Assembly: GCA_002633005.1 (NCBI GenBank)
Contig: NMRA01000302.1
Coordinates: 80,589 to 144,588, forward strand
Direction of reading: 5' to 3'
Length of the DNA stretch: 64,000 nucleotides
DNA from: Phoronis australis
Taxonomy: Eukaryota; Animalia; Phoronida
The position numbers and the translations under genes are program-made. Positions 26,929 through 39,109 of this stretch are shown in pieces (position 1 is the stretch's first letter; the number at the start of each line of letters is the position of its first letter). Under the pieces are notes generated by a model. The model had not been told where the DNA came from. It did not search any database and saw only the letters and a list, made by a program, of their open reading frames with translations.

Positions 26929-29900
26929 CTATTCCGTGCTACAACTCCTTGGTTTTTCCATTGGTGAGGAACCACTTCCGCACAATTGTCGGTTTAGGGC
27001 GGCAGTGTAAGCGCTCATGCCGGCTTTATTTGCAGCAGCTGCCATAGCAAAAGCGTTGTAGCCGTATCCTGGAGTCCCCATTGCGGCAAAGTTCGGTAGA
27101 AAAGACGGTGGGTAGGGCATCGCCAAAAGTCCACGGGCGGCCGCCGCAGGATAGGCGTAACGCATTGAAGCTGCAGCCATAGACGCCGGGTTTGGTAGAG
27201 AAGTGATTGGCGAAAATGCAGATTTGAGACCGGCTGGCGAAGAAACACCCGTTGTCAAATACGGCTTATGTGAGACTCGATCTTTCGCAGAAGACTGTGA
27301 AGATTTCTCGGATCCGTGATTGTTCAAAACTTGCTCTAGAGCCTGAACTGTGTCGCCGTTGCAACCTTGTAAAATTAATTGTAGAACATTTCGTTTCATA
27401 TGCGGGAAGACACGAGCTAAAATGTCAATACCAGTGCTAGGTTCGTTGGCTTTCGCCGCTATCTTATCGTCAGGGAAACTGGCCGGCGATTTTGTCAACT
27501 CGCTCTCGCTGTGAGGTGAATGGCTGTCACGTGGTTTAGGCGAAGCGCTCGTGTTGCTGTCCGTATCGATGGATGCAGCGTGGTCAGACGAGGGACTATA
27601 TGATGACCTTTTTCGTGACACACTCTCACCATCTTCATCATCGTCACCATGTGATCTTTTTAATCCTATAAATAAAATATCCTCTTTCATAAACTGCAAA
27701 TAACATTCCGCGGTCATTGAAAACACGCGCGCAAGTGCGAACGCAACCCAGTCATTTTGGGAAAAACAAATCGTGCTTTATTCTGATAAAAAATATAACT
27801 GTTAGTTTTGAGAGAATTCATTGTCATTTTGTTGAAGAGTCCCTTTATTACTGACTCAAGAACGTCGTGACTCTATGAATAAGCGCCCTCCAGCGATAGA
27901 CAATAGCTTACGAACAATAACCACTTCTTTCCTACTATCGATCAACAAAAAGATTAAGGGGCCGTGAAATGTCCATAAACTAGAGTTTCATTTAATTCCT
28001 TTTGTCAACTTGCGATATTCACGTCCCTCTTCATTTATTACACCGTCTTCTTATTGCTGTGAAAGGGTGATTTGCTTGATGTCTAGCGGCTAATACGACT
28101 TTAATTAAAATGTTGATTGATTCTTTGTTTCTATTTTTCTTATTGGATAAGAAGCAAATTCCCATGAAAAACTTTGCGCTTATTTGGATCAATAGCTAAA
28201 CGGAAATTTAAGAAAGCGAGATACAGCCTCCCGTTCAGTAACGCTAGGACCTCGCTAAAAAGCAAGACTTCGCGAGATTACGTGAGATATTGCCGTGCAT
28301 TATAAATGAGAGCACGTGACTTTCACTAGGTTTTAGCTAGGTCCTAGCGTAGGTCCTAGCGTAGGTCCTAGCGTAGGTCCTAGCGTAGGTCCTAGCGTAG
28401 GTCCTAGCGTAGGTCCTAGCGTAGGTCCTAGCGTAGGTCCTAGCATAGGTCCTAGCGTATACTGAACGCACGCCCGATATCTACAGTATATAAAGTGGTT
28501 GTATGCTAACCCAAATCCCCCTTCCGTCACGAAATAACTTTTAATTTAGATCATTTACAGTTAAGAAATCTGTCTCAAATTCTTCCGTAGCCAAATTAGG
28601 AGTGGAAAGGACTTATATGTCACCAATTCTTGAAATCAGACTGTAAAGTTATCTTGTCACGGCTGGCCACTTTAAGAGCCGCGTATGATCTCACTGTAAT
28701 AACGAACGTCTCAAATGAGGTAGAAACGAGACGAGATCAGTTTCATAGCGGCACGTGGACAAAGAAAAAACCATGGGAACGCGGGTTTTTATCCGCTTTA
28801 AAAAATAAGAGTATTTTTATTTACCAGAAAAGAAAGCATGTTGTGCCAGATAATTTTCGAAGAATCGTAGAACGTATCTATAACCGAAGGTATCAAAACA
28901 AAACCATCCCGAATCAAAATGTTAATTTCTACTGTGACTCTATCGCACGCATCTAATGGATAATCCAATAAAAAACTTTCAAAGTCAGCAATTAGATATT
29001 GGCTACGTTACACAAGTGCTGTTCGTTTCGCTTTGAGTTAATCTCTTTCGCAACGTTTATGAAAAAAGACATCGACTCGTGTTCTTCTTCGGGCGGTGAT
29101 TGATCTGGACATTTATCAGAAGACGAGCTTATTGTAATCTTTGTTTGTCCTCAGTTATTTGAAAACGGCCACACTTGCCAACGAGATCAAGAGCGAATTG
29201 AGTGGCCAATAATGGTGTTGTCCGGCGGGCATCTCCCGCGCTCCGTTACTGTTTTTAAACAGGGAATGACTCACTGTTAAAGACTGAGTCATTTCAGAAA
29301 TCCTTTGTTTTTACCAGTTAAAAACAAGTTTCGCCAATCGATAGATATCTCCAAAACAGGAACATTTCATAAATCACAGCACTGCGCGTGTTTACATTTG
29401 CTTGCTATTAACTCAATTTAGTTAAACGTATTGCAAAGTTTGCCACGTCCATTGCCCGCTGATCAGATGCACTAACAAAAATTAAATAATAAACTGAAAA
29501 ATTCTTCATTGAATTACGTTTACACTGAAATTTTTGATGTTACGTTGAAAGTCGGAACTGAGATTTCTTTGAAATTCGTTTCACTAAAATGACGACGGAG
29601 GCGCTTTCACGTATTTTACTCACACGTAACAGGACAGTTACAATATTCGAAGAAATTACTGACCCAATTCGCTAATTCGCTAATGATAGAAGTAGCTAAG
29701 CTCACGGGACGGAGACTAAATGCGAAGCTCTGATCATTTATTTCACGCAAATTTGAGTCAGTAAAGAAGTTTCGATAGATTTCATGTTAGATCAAAAAGC
29801 GTAACTGGTCCTGCTATGTTTTTTACCGAGTCGATTAATCGTTATTTTTGGTTACAGGACTTTTTAAAAAAGAGAATCCACCTGAGACGAGCAAACATGA

Positions 29901-32900
29901 TGTGGACTGGCAAACTACGGCTTTTCTAACATCGCTCACACGTGCTCACGAGAATTTGTGCAATTTTACAAAAACAAAACATGAAGTCAACAAAACCTGA
30001 AAGAGGGGTGAAATTGGTGGGGTGTTTTCGTTTGGTGAGCGCAGGTCCAACATGAGTAGAGGTAAAGTCCAGAACAAACTTTGCGTTTTTCGGCATTAGT
30101 GGTAGAACAACTGAGGAGAAGTGATTATATAGACTTGTTTATTTTCAATTACATACAAACTTATCATACAGTGACAAAATAGCGATCAGTGAAAACACCG
30201 AAATTCGAGTTTTGAAAAAATCATCTGCTCATTTTATCACAATATGTATTAAATAAGTGACTAACAAATACACTTGTTACCAAAAATATAAAAATCAATT
30301 TTGCAATCACTTCGACAACAAACCGACACAAACGATGTATCCGATCTTGGAATCAGCCAGCAGATATTTACATCTAAATCTCAATGCAAAGCTGGGAAAG
30401 AAGGCTGCGTTGTTCTACTAAGAACAACGGCAAACAGATACGCGAGACGAGTAAGAAGCGAATGTGATACAGAAATATTTTTTAGACTGCACTCAACCTC
30501 GCCAATGTTTGTCGGCCAATAGCTGGGGGCCAGAATAGCTTTTATTAGACAAACTTAATCCGACTCGGTGGTGAAAGTTTTAAATAACAGTATATTTTCT
30601 TCACCTGACATAATCACATTTGGATAATTTGTAGCTGTGAAACAGGGACAGTCTTAAACTGAATTATAGCTTGATGGCACCCCCGGGCGTTTTAACACTG
30701 TCCGTCTGCGCCTCATTTAGCAGTAGCGATCAGATTGAACCTTTCGCATAACAAATCCCGTCATCACTGTCATTTTCTGTTAGCAAGAATGACATAAACG
30801 TTGTAATTAGGACACTGTGAGTGCTGTAAAGCGAAACCGCGAAACCAATAAATTTCTGAAAAAAGTAGTCACAATTTTCCCAATTGAACAGGTGTTACAA
30901 ATCAAACCATTACGAATTTGAGAACGATTTTATTTGAATTCACACACTTTGTTAATGGGTGATAGTTGTCGAACGATTTTTGGTATCCGCTAAAATTTGC
31001 TGTGTTGCAATGAAAATAATTAATTTTTTCATGTGGTAAAATATGTAATTTGATTCAACAAAGATTTCAGAGCTTGGTTAGAATTATAGCAAACAAAAAC
31101 AAAATTTCTTTTCCAGTAGCAGACATTTTTTGCTGTGCTGTTGTCATGGTGTTTACAAACAAGAATTATCTCTCATTTGTCAGTCACTCTCTCTGCGGGT
31201 TTCTTCAGATAAGCTTGATGTTATACAGAGCGATTAAGAAGACGCGTCCCGCTAACCGAAAACACAAGAATTTTAACAGTTAAATATTTACCTAACGCTA
31301 ATGTTGAAATCTCATTAACAGGAGGGATTGCGGCCCAGTTGCCCGCCCACTTCGATAACACAGTTCTCAGTCTGAGAACATATCTTATACGAAGAAACCA
31401 ACGCACAAGCGTCCACGTTTAACAGGTCACGTGACGGATACGAAGCGAAAGGAATATTAACAAAATCAGTTGTTGGTGAAATGGGCTGTCGTCCATCACA
31501 TCAACCAAGTCCCTATAACTGGAGACAGTTAGCACAATTATTTCACAACTAATGATTTAATTGACGACAATTTGGGGGAAAAGAATAGAAAGCAAAACTA
31601 CGTCCGTCTTTAAGGGACAGCATCGGTTTTGCTGCAAAAAATAATTTTTAGGATTATTTTGGGGTGGGATAGGCTTCTTGACGTTGTCATCTTTGACTAG
31701 GGCTATATAATGACAAAATCTGTTGTTTTGTGATTTTATTAAACATCGCCAATTCCCAGCATTGTCAAGGCATGTGACTTTACCAGTTTAATTCATTTAC
31801 TCTTCAAATAACGACGGTAGAGCATCAGACTTTGACCGTCGGGTTCCACGTTCGATTCCGCGCTGGACAGAAACCGTTATGCGCAACCGTGCTATTGACC
31901 TTTATATGACCCTGAAAAGGGTATGGAGGTTAAAAAGCAGAAACACTGTATCCTAATGTTTTCAATAACTTGCTCACGAATATGCATTTTGACGGAAGCT
32001 TATAGGTACATGTACATTTTTATATCAGTAGTGTCTGTCTATTTTATGCGTCACCCAACACTAGCGACGCCAAGTGTTCTCTTATTGGCTTAAATCTTGT
32101 CAACGATGTAACCAAGGGATGCGCGTTTTCTTAAATGTGTCATTGAAGATTAATTTAAGTTTTTCATTTTCAAAGTAGGCTTATATATTAAACGTGGAAA
32201 ACAGCTTATAAGCCTCTGGCCTCCAAAGTTTCAACTGGGTAAGTTTTCGAAAAGGTTACGGCATATACAAACGGGAGACGCTAAAAACGTGTGGGAGAAG
32301 TTCTATTGCTAATAATAGGGCTCAAAAGACAAGCTAGAAACTTATGCAAACATTTGTGAACGCAAGACACCCAGTCACGACGAACATAGGCAATTGTATT
32401 AAACTTCAGTCCCTAGCTTATTTGGGAAGCCATTACTCCGGTACCGCAGTTATGCTCGCTCCGAACTAAGCCCACAGGCCCTCGGTTGGAATATGGACAA
32501 AAAAGCTATCTCTCTCGAAAATTCTCAGCATATTTTAAGAATGAAATAATTAATTCATTTTGCATGATTACATTAAAAAGCATAAAAACAGCTCCGTTAT
32601 GTTTTCGCCGGTGGAAGCACTTTTGTTTAACCACAAAGAAATGTCGATAAAATTGAACATCTCTCAAATGAAGCAGACAACGTAAGCATTACTTTTTGAG
32701 ATCACGCTGGGTCTGTTCGTTGGATAAAACAAATCAAAAAGGATTTGCTCACTGATACGCGATAGACACTCAAAGTTTTAAGTCAGTGATCGAAGCTAGT
32801 TCAAAACACAGATCGAAAACAAATTACCTGAATTTTTTGCAAAGAGACAACCCAACCTCAAATTAAAAAAGACACAACAAAATATCAATTAACAGCATAC

Positions 32901-33306
32901 CTGATTTATGGAGGTCACTTTTGTTGAGATCGTTTAGATAGTTCTGTACTGTGACACTGGAGGTCGCCTGCTCAGTAGCATTCAAAGACAAAAGTCCATT
33001 TGGTCCGTACAAGATTCCCAGCTCCCTGGCCTCATTTTCCTCTTGCGCTTGTTGACGCCTCAACGCCACCTGCGCCGCCATCACTCGCTGGCGTTCTGCA
33101 ATAAGGGTGCACTTTGCGCAGACACAGTCACGCCAGCGACAGTACCGTTTGTGTCCCTTGAGTGCGGAAACGACGCCATGGTTACGACATCTTGCACATT
33201 TTGGGGTTCTGGGATAACGCTCTGAAGCCCGGATGAACATAGGCGGTGGAAGTGAAGCCGTTGTCGACAACGTGGTCTCAGTAGGACTGCTGACTGATGA
33301 ACTCAT
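26929..33306 (-). CDS. DMRTA2: Doublesex/Mab-3-related transcription factor, DMRTA class (Dmrt4/5, Dmrt99B-like)
   Basis: Exon 1 33306-32901 with DM domain [58 protein letters not shown]; phase-1 intron; exon 2 27665-26929 with DMA domain ([35 protein letters not shown]) and SAFSP motif. The symbol names the closest vertebrate class member. Confidence 0.93.
28232..28471 (+). mobile_element. MITE family B with internal 12-bp tandem array
   Basis: TIRs CGTTCAGTA-ACGCTAGGACCT / AGGTCCTAGCGTATACTGAACG; 10 copies of TAGGTCCTAGCG at 28338-28457. Confidence 0.75.
31812..31870 (+). repeat. tRNA-like remnant (SINE head or pseudo-tRNA)
   Basis: GGTAGAGCATCAGACTTTGA...GTTCGATTCC; acceptor stem and 5' end missing. 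Confidence 0.45.
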
Positions 33307-33534
33307 TTTTAGTCTATGGATTCTTGTAGAAGCAATGTCTCACTGACAAAACCGTACGCCTCTCTTACAAATGTCGTCTGCTGTGACGAAGTCTCAATGT
33401 TATTTTAATAATTTTGCACGTTAGATTATTTTGATGAGACCTTGTTCTCATACGCGAATACCTTCTCGATCACGTCTAACCGGCCACTGAATGAAAACCT
33501 CGTCTTGGGGAACAGTATTTATTTTGATCGGCTC

Positions 33535-33930
33535 GAAACAATGTAAACATCCAAAAGCGTGTCGTCTCAAAGCTTTGGCCTGATTGGTTGATGACCAGCT
33601 TCCAATCAGAGTTCTGATTGGACAAATTGGTCATCGTTTCACGAGAAACGCATTGATCACATGTTTAAAGCAACGTCATCGCAAGTGACCTGACCACCAC
33701 TACGTGAAATTGTTCATGCAAATAAATTCATGCAAATAAAGACGGGAAACTCCAAGCTCAACTTTTCTCACATATTGTAACCGAAAGTATTAAAATCCTT
33801 ACCTGTTTTGTGCATTCATCAAAAACATACTATTTCACTATAAAGGTCTTCTTACTTAAGTTGTTTCAGTTGTTGTCGTTATCAAGCGAATTTATCCCGT
33901 CTTTTCCAGTTTTTCATGCAAATAAATTGA
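33535..33930 (-). promoter_or_regulatory. DMRTA proximal promoter: three CCAAT boxes, three octamer motifs, one DMRT-like site
   Basis: CTGATTGG/CCAATCAG at about 33580, 33602, 33614; ATGCAAAT at 33716, 33730, 33916; GAAACAATGTAAA at 33535. Confidence 0.55.
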
Positions 33931-36900
33931 TTAACAATGATCTTCCATCTTGATTTATGAAAACGCTATTTATCTGTTCTTTTGCGAACTTGGAATATCG
34001 AAATCTTCTCATAGGTGTATTGTTAGCTCAAGTAATTGGGAAACAATAATTCGTTCACAAGCAACGCATTCATATTTTGTTAACGGTCAATTGACCAGAC
34101 TAAACATCAACTCGTACAAATACACACGATAATAACATTTTAATTTGGATGTAAACAGTACGACAGATGTCAAACAAAGAGTCATTGAGAAGGGTCTCTA
34201 ACAGCGATGTGTGTTCACCCTTAGAATTGGTACATGATGTTTGAGGTTGATAACGGTGTAAATTGTCTCAGTGTAAAAGACCAGGTGATCGGGATCACCT
34301 GTCGAGACATTCAATTCAATAGTCTTTTTATGTATTATAATATCAAAAATCTACACTTAACGAATTTGTGAGCCCTTAAAAGCTTTTTATTGGCACCTAT
34401 TATTTTACTCTAATTATGCAAAAAGATGAAAGTGAAAATATGTCGATTTTGTTGCGGAACAATAGTTACGGAGGAGAAAGGTGCTTTTCATATCCAACGT
34501 GAGAACATGTGCAACATACGCACGCGACCAGGAACAAATGAGCACATTTGTTTGCTAGAGGCACGGTTGTTTTCTAGAAATAATAACATGACCACTTTTG
34601 AGTTTTTTACTTAACAGGCGTTAAAAATGGGCGTTAGAGCGCATGCGTAGCGTACGAGGATTTAATTCCTCCCCATACGGACGCTACCAAAAAGCGCCGC
34701 CATTAGTGCGGGGTAAGCGACCATTTTCATCCAAAAGTTTGATAATGGTTCCCCCTTTTGACATCCTAATCAGTGCCTAGATCCGACAGTATTAAGAACT
34801 TAAATGAACGTCTTGCAACGACAATGTTTTTATTTTGGCCGATTGCTTCGTTAAAAACTAGTTTTCTACTTTTAACCTTAACCGGCAATAAATATTTTAT
34901 TTGTTGGCTCACGCAAAAAAGGTCAAACAGAATAAAATTGCCAGTCACAGCGTTCTACGAAACCTTCAAGTTGGTTTCAAATTTCTTTACAGATGTTGTC
35001 TTAAATTTTGAAGCTGCTCCAAATTTGATAGTCTCGTTACCGCTTCGTCCAACACTTCTCGATAACCTGTTCATCTACGTCGATTATCGCAGCGCATAAT
35101 TACCGTAGAACGTTAAATAATCACTCACCCCTGTCGTATAGTGTTTATGGGAAAGTTATACCCTGTGTCTAATGTCTCTCATATGTTTCAAACCTTTCTC
35201 ACGTTCTTCAAGTTCATATGTAGCGCACGTGATACTGAGCCACACCATAGCTATGAAAATAGAAGGTAAAATCGTGAGAAATATGTTCACGCCATAAAAT
35301 TTTGCAATGAAAAGTTAATGTGTTCACGTACAAATAACGAATATGATTAAAATTTTATTGTAATATGTGTTATTTGTAGTCTTAACGTCTCCGTTTTTGT
35401 ATAACTAAATATAAATGAGAACTTTATTTCATTACTTAATATAAGCCTGCTATTAGTGATAAACAAGATTAAGCCATGCATTTTGAAACAAGTTTGAATT
35501 TGCAAATACTTAACAAAACAAAGTTTAGTAAAAAGTGTGAACGTTTCGTGTAGCCTTAAGGTTTAAAAATAAATCTTTGATTGGATGTAGGCCTAGTTGA
35601 GGAAGGTTTTGTTTGCAAACGATCTTCCTTGGAACATAATTATTGAGTCAGTTTCCAGAAACTTTTCACCAAACTGAGAGAATTTGATTAAAAATATTTT
35701 ACAGCTATTACAGAATTGTATCCAGAAAGAATGACCCCCTTATAAATATGGATTCATAAAATGGTGATCAAACCACATATTTTTGTCAAAAGCATTTTGA
35801 CCCCCTTGTGAAATGTTTTCCATTAAAAAGTGACCCTATTAGAGAATTTCATTCCGCAAAAAATACTCTAGCCAAACTTGGTAATAAAAGTTCAAAAATA
35901 TAGAAAAAGTTATTCTACCATAACAATTTGTTAGTAAATTTCATCTAATTGTGGTTTGAGAGAGCCCGATGTCTTGTCGCTCAAAAAGCCACTCTAATTA
36001 GCCCGGCGCATCCCGGCATAACCAATGAATGAGAAAACCCTTGGGAGACTTGTAGTGTTGTATGCTATACTAGTGTTTCCACTCCAGTTATAAAGTCGCA
36101 AGACAACATGTGTTCAGCTCAGGGAATTCACTTTCCCAATCTCTCTCTTCCTAACGTCCATTTATCGGCAGTTGTCGAGTGGTGAGTAAAAGCATTATTG
36201 GTTTTTAGTAGTTAAACAGTGTTAATTAATTCTAAAAGCGCTGTCACACAATTTCTCTAACAATCTAGAAACAATTAGTTACGCTACTCTGTCGAGTTAC
36301 TAAAATTCTGTCTCTATTTTTTCTCCATAAAATGACACTCTGTCTAGACGGGCTGACGTATATTTTTTTACTATACCCAATATAAGGAGAACGTGAACAG
36401 GAAAATAACATTTCTAGACGCTGTCATGTTGACAAAATTTTGAAATTTATTTGTTCATGTATTATGATTGATTAAATTTTCCTAATTTCAAAATATTAAT
36501 TGATTGGATGATAATATTTGGATTTATCACAAAGACATAAAGTCTTAAATATAAAAATTAGGAAATGTAATATTGATATTGGTTTTAAGTGTGTCCTCTC
36601 CTTTTGTTTCGAATAAATTTTCTGGGATCAAGAGCTTCCGTCAGATTTTACCGTCTATTTAACGTGACTTTTAATTAAAGAAAACGATAATGCCGCGACC
36701 GTTCGCTACCCGCGATAATCGGAAGCGTTTGTTAATCGATTCGGAGTGTAATATTTATTCGATTACATTTAAACCAATAAATATTATCGTTGCTCGGAAT
36801 CCACGCGTCTTAAGCGACTGTCATTGTGCGAGGATGTAATCTCTTCTGTGTCCCGTGGATAAACCAAATAGGAGAGTTGGGAACCAAAATGTTGCGAATT

Positions 36901-37285
36901 CTATTTCGTGGGTGATCTAACCGGTGACACGGATTATACAGGGGATTAAACGCTAGACGCGTGAGCCAAACTCTCGGACAAAGTCTAGATTATCCAATTT
37001 GCCCTATAATTTGTTTGTATTTTAATGGTTGAACCAGTGTTTCGCCTTTGGTTAAGGAAATACTGCACACTGCTCCCAAGGCCGACACGCGACTGGATTT
37101 GATGTGTGAACTTCAAGCAGTGAATTTGGGGGCAAGAATCGACATCTGCTGAAAATCATGAATTTAAAATAAGACATTTTAATGTTAGAGCGGCCACAAA
37201 CCCGTCTTCCAATACAAAACTGATTTAGACCATTTACCGTTCAGTATCAAATTGGTCTCAAAATCTGAGATGATTTCAGGGCTTC

Positions 37286-37436
37286 CAGTGGCGGATTTTG
37301 GAGGGTGGAAGGGGCCATGGCCTCCTAACATTCTCTCAGATTCCATTTGGCAGTTCGGGGGTGCAGATGTTTGACGGGCAAAATCCTGGCAAATAGTTTG
37401 CCCTGCCCCCAACTCAAAATCCTGGATCCGCCGCTG
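37286..37436 (+). mobile_element. MITE family C (CAGTGGCGGAT termini)
   Basis: TIRs CAGTGGCGGAT / ATCCGCCGCTG; 5-bp direct flank GCTTC on both sides. Confidence 0.8.
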
Positions 37437-38945
37437 GCTTCGAAACAACAGCTCGTTAATGCTATTCACGTTGGCCTGTCACGTGGTCTCAAGGAATAAC
37501 GAACAGCGGTTTTTTTGCAAACACAGAAATCACTTTTCATCTGAGTAACGTACAAGTTGAGATCAATTTTATCAGCACGGGTAAGTGGTCTAAAGTAAAA
37601 GCTTGCTTCTTGGACGGAAAGAAGGTGTTTTGCCATTTTGAAAAACAAAGGCAACTCAATTGCAAATTTGCGAACAGGAGAGTCGCGCGTGTGCTCTGAA
37701 CTTAGCGCACTGAATGTTACCCTATAATAATTACGCCATTGTCTTTGCGGTTTCAAATCTGCTTTTAAAATGAGAGGTGTGGTTTGTGAGTCAGTGATTT
37801 GTATTGAAGGCGGTGCAGGAAGACCTTCTGTTTCTATTTTATTGAGTAACCCTTGAAGTCGCCGTTAAATCAACATGAACCACTACACTTACCAACAAGA
37901 GTCGTAAGAAGTCAAAACTTAGCGTACTAATGATTTTCAAAGCATTGACTGTGCATTACAAAGGCTCGGATAGAATTAGCTAATTGCCACAGACTCAGGA
38001 GAAAGGGCCTTCTCAGACGTCAAACAAAACAGTAAAAATGCCAGTGATTTTGATTTTTCATTTTTTCAATATCGATTAGTTTTTTAGTCAATCAAAGCCC
38101 TTCGTAACATAATTTAGATTCGAAAATCTCGTACTTTCTCATACATTTAGTTATAATTTGTGGCCGTGTGTTCTATCTGTAAAAAACGCAACTTACATTG
38201 TAAGGAAACAACAAAACTAAAAAAAAACGGTCGCTGGAGTTGATATATTCCCAATTTCTTGACAGACACGGGTTTGGTTCACCTGTCATGTAGTATGTCC
38301 CGTATATCAATTGATTCATCTTTCCCACCCGAGGCTACTGTTTACGACAGCCATAAATCGACGTAATTGACTAAAATTTTACTGTGTAATAGTTCCATTT
38401 ACGGCGCACGCTCGACGATGACTACTCGTCTCGACAGTAATCAAACGGTTAAGTCAACGACTAATTGGGCCGAAGAGTAGCCATTACCTTCGCAGAATGA
38501 CATCTATTGAGATGTCATAATTATCGAAATAATGATCTCTGGGAGTCAACGTGGGACGTGAAACAGTTTAACGGGCAAGTCAAAATAGTTATTTGAGTTA
38601 ACGAAAGAATTTGGTTTAAAATTAATTTTGTAACGTTCTTTGCTATTTTTCGAAGATAAAAACACTGAAGCATTTTCATATTCAGTCGAAAAATGTCAAT
38701 AAAATGGAAACGTTTATATTTAGCGTTTAAACCTTCTATAAATGCCTGAAAAAGTTTTGTGGTCTTACCACAGTGCGGTTTTTGGGTGGTCACAAAAATT
38801 TTCAGTACTACATTTTAAGAATCGATAATAAATTCATTATTTTGATACTTCCTAACGTCAAAAAGTTTTAATAATAATCTGTATTATTTTTACATTATTT
38901 AGCAGATTGCTTACAACAATTATTCCATTTTGTATCAGTGGTTAT

Positions 38946-39109
38946 CAGTGGCAGATTTAGAGGGGGCCAAGGGGGCCATGGCCCCCCCTAAAATTCTCCC
39001 AGATTCCATTAGACAGTTCGGGGAGTGCGAATGTCTGATGGGCAAAATCCTGGCTAATACTCTGCCCTGGCCCCCCCCCCCCTAACTCAAAATCCTGGAT
39101 CCACCCCTG
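38946..39109 (+). mobile_element. MITE family C
   Basis: Homologous to 37286-37436; 5-bp flank GTTAT on both sides. Confidence 0.8.

Noticed and set aside
28333-28530. (PTLG)n repeat protein ORF
   Set aside because: Translation of the 12-bp MITE array.
31812-31870. Functional tRNA-Gln(TTG)
   Set aside because: Acceptor and anticodon stems do not pair; kept only as a tRNA-like remnant.
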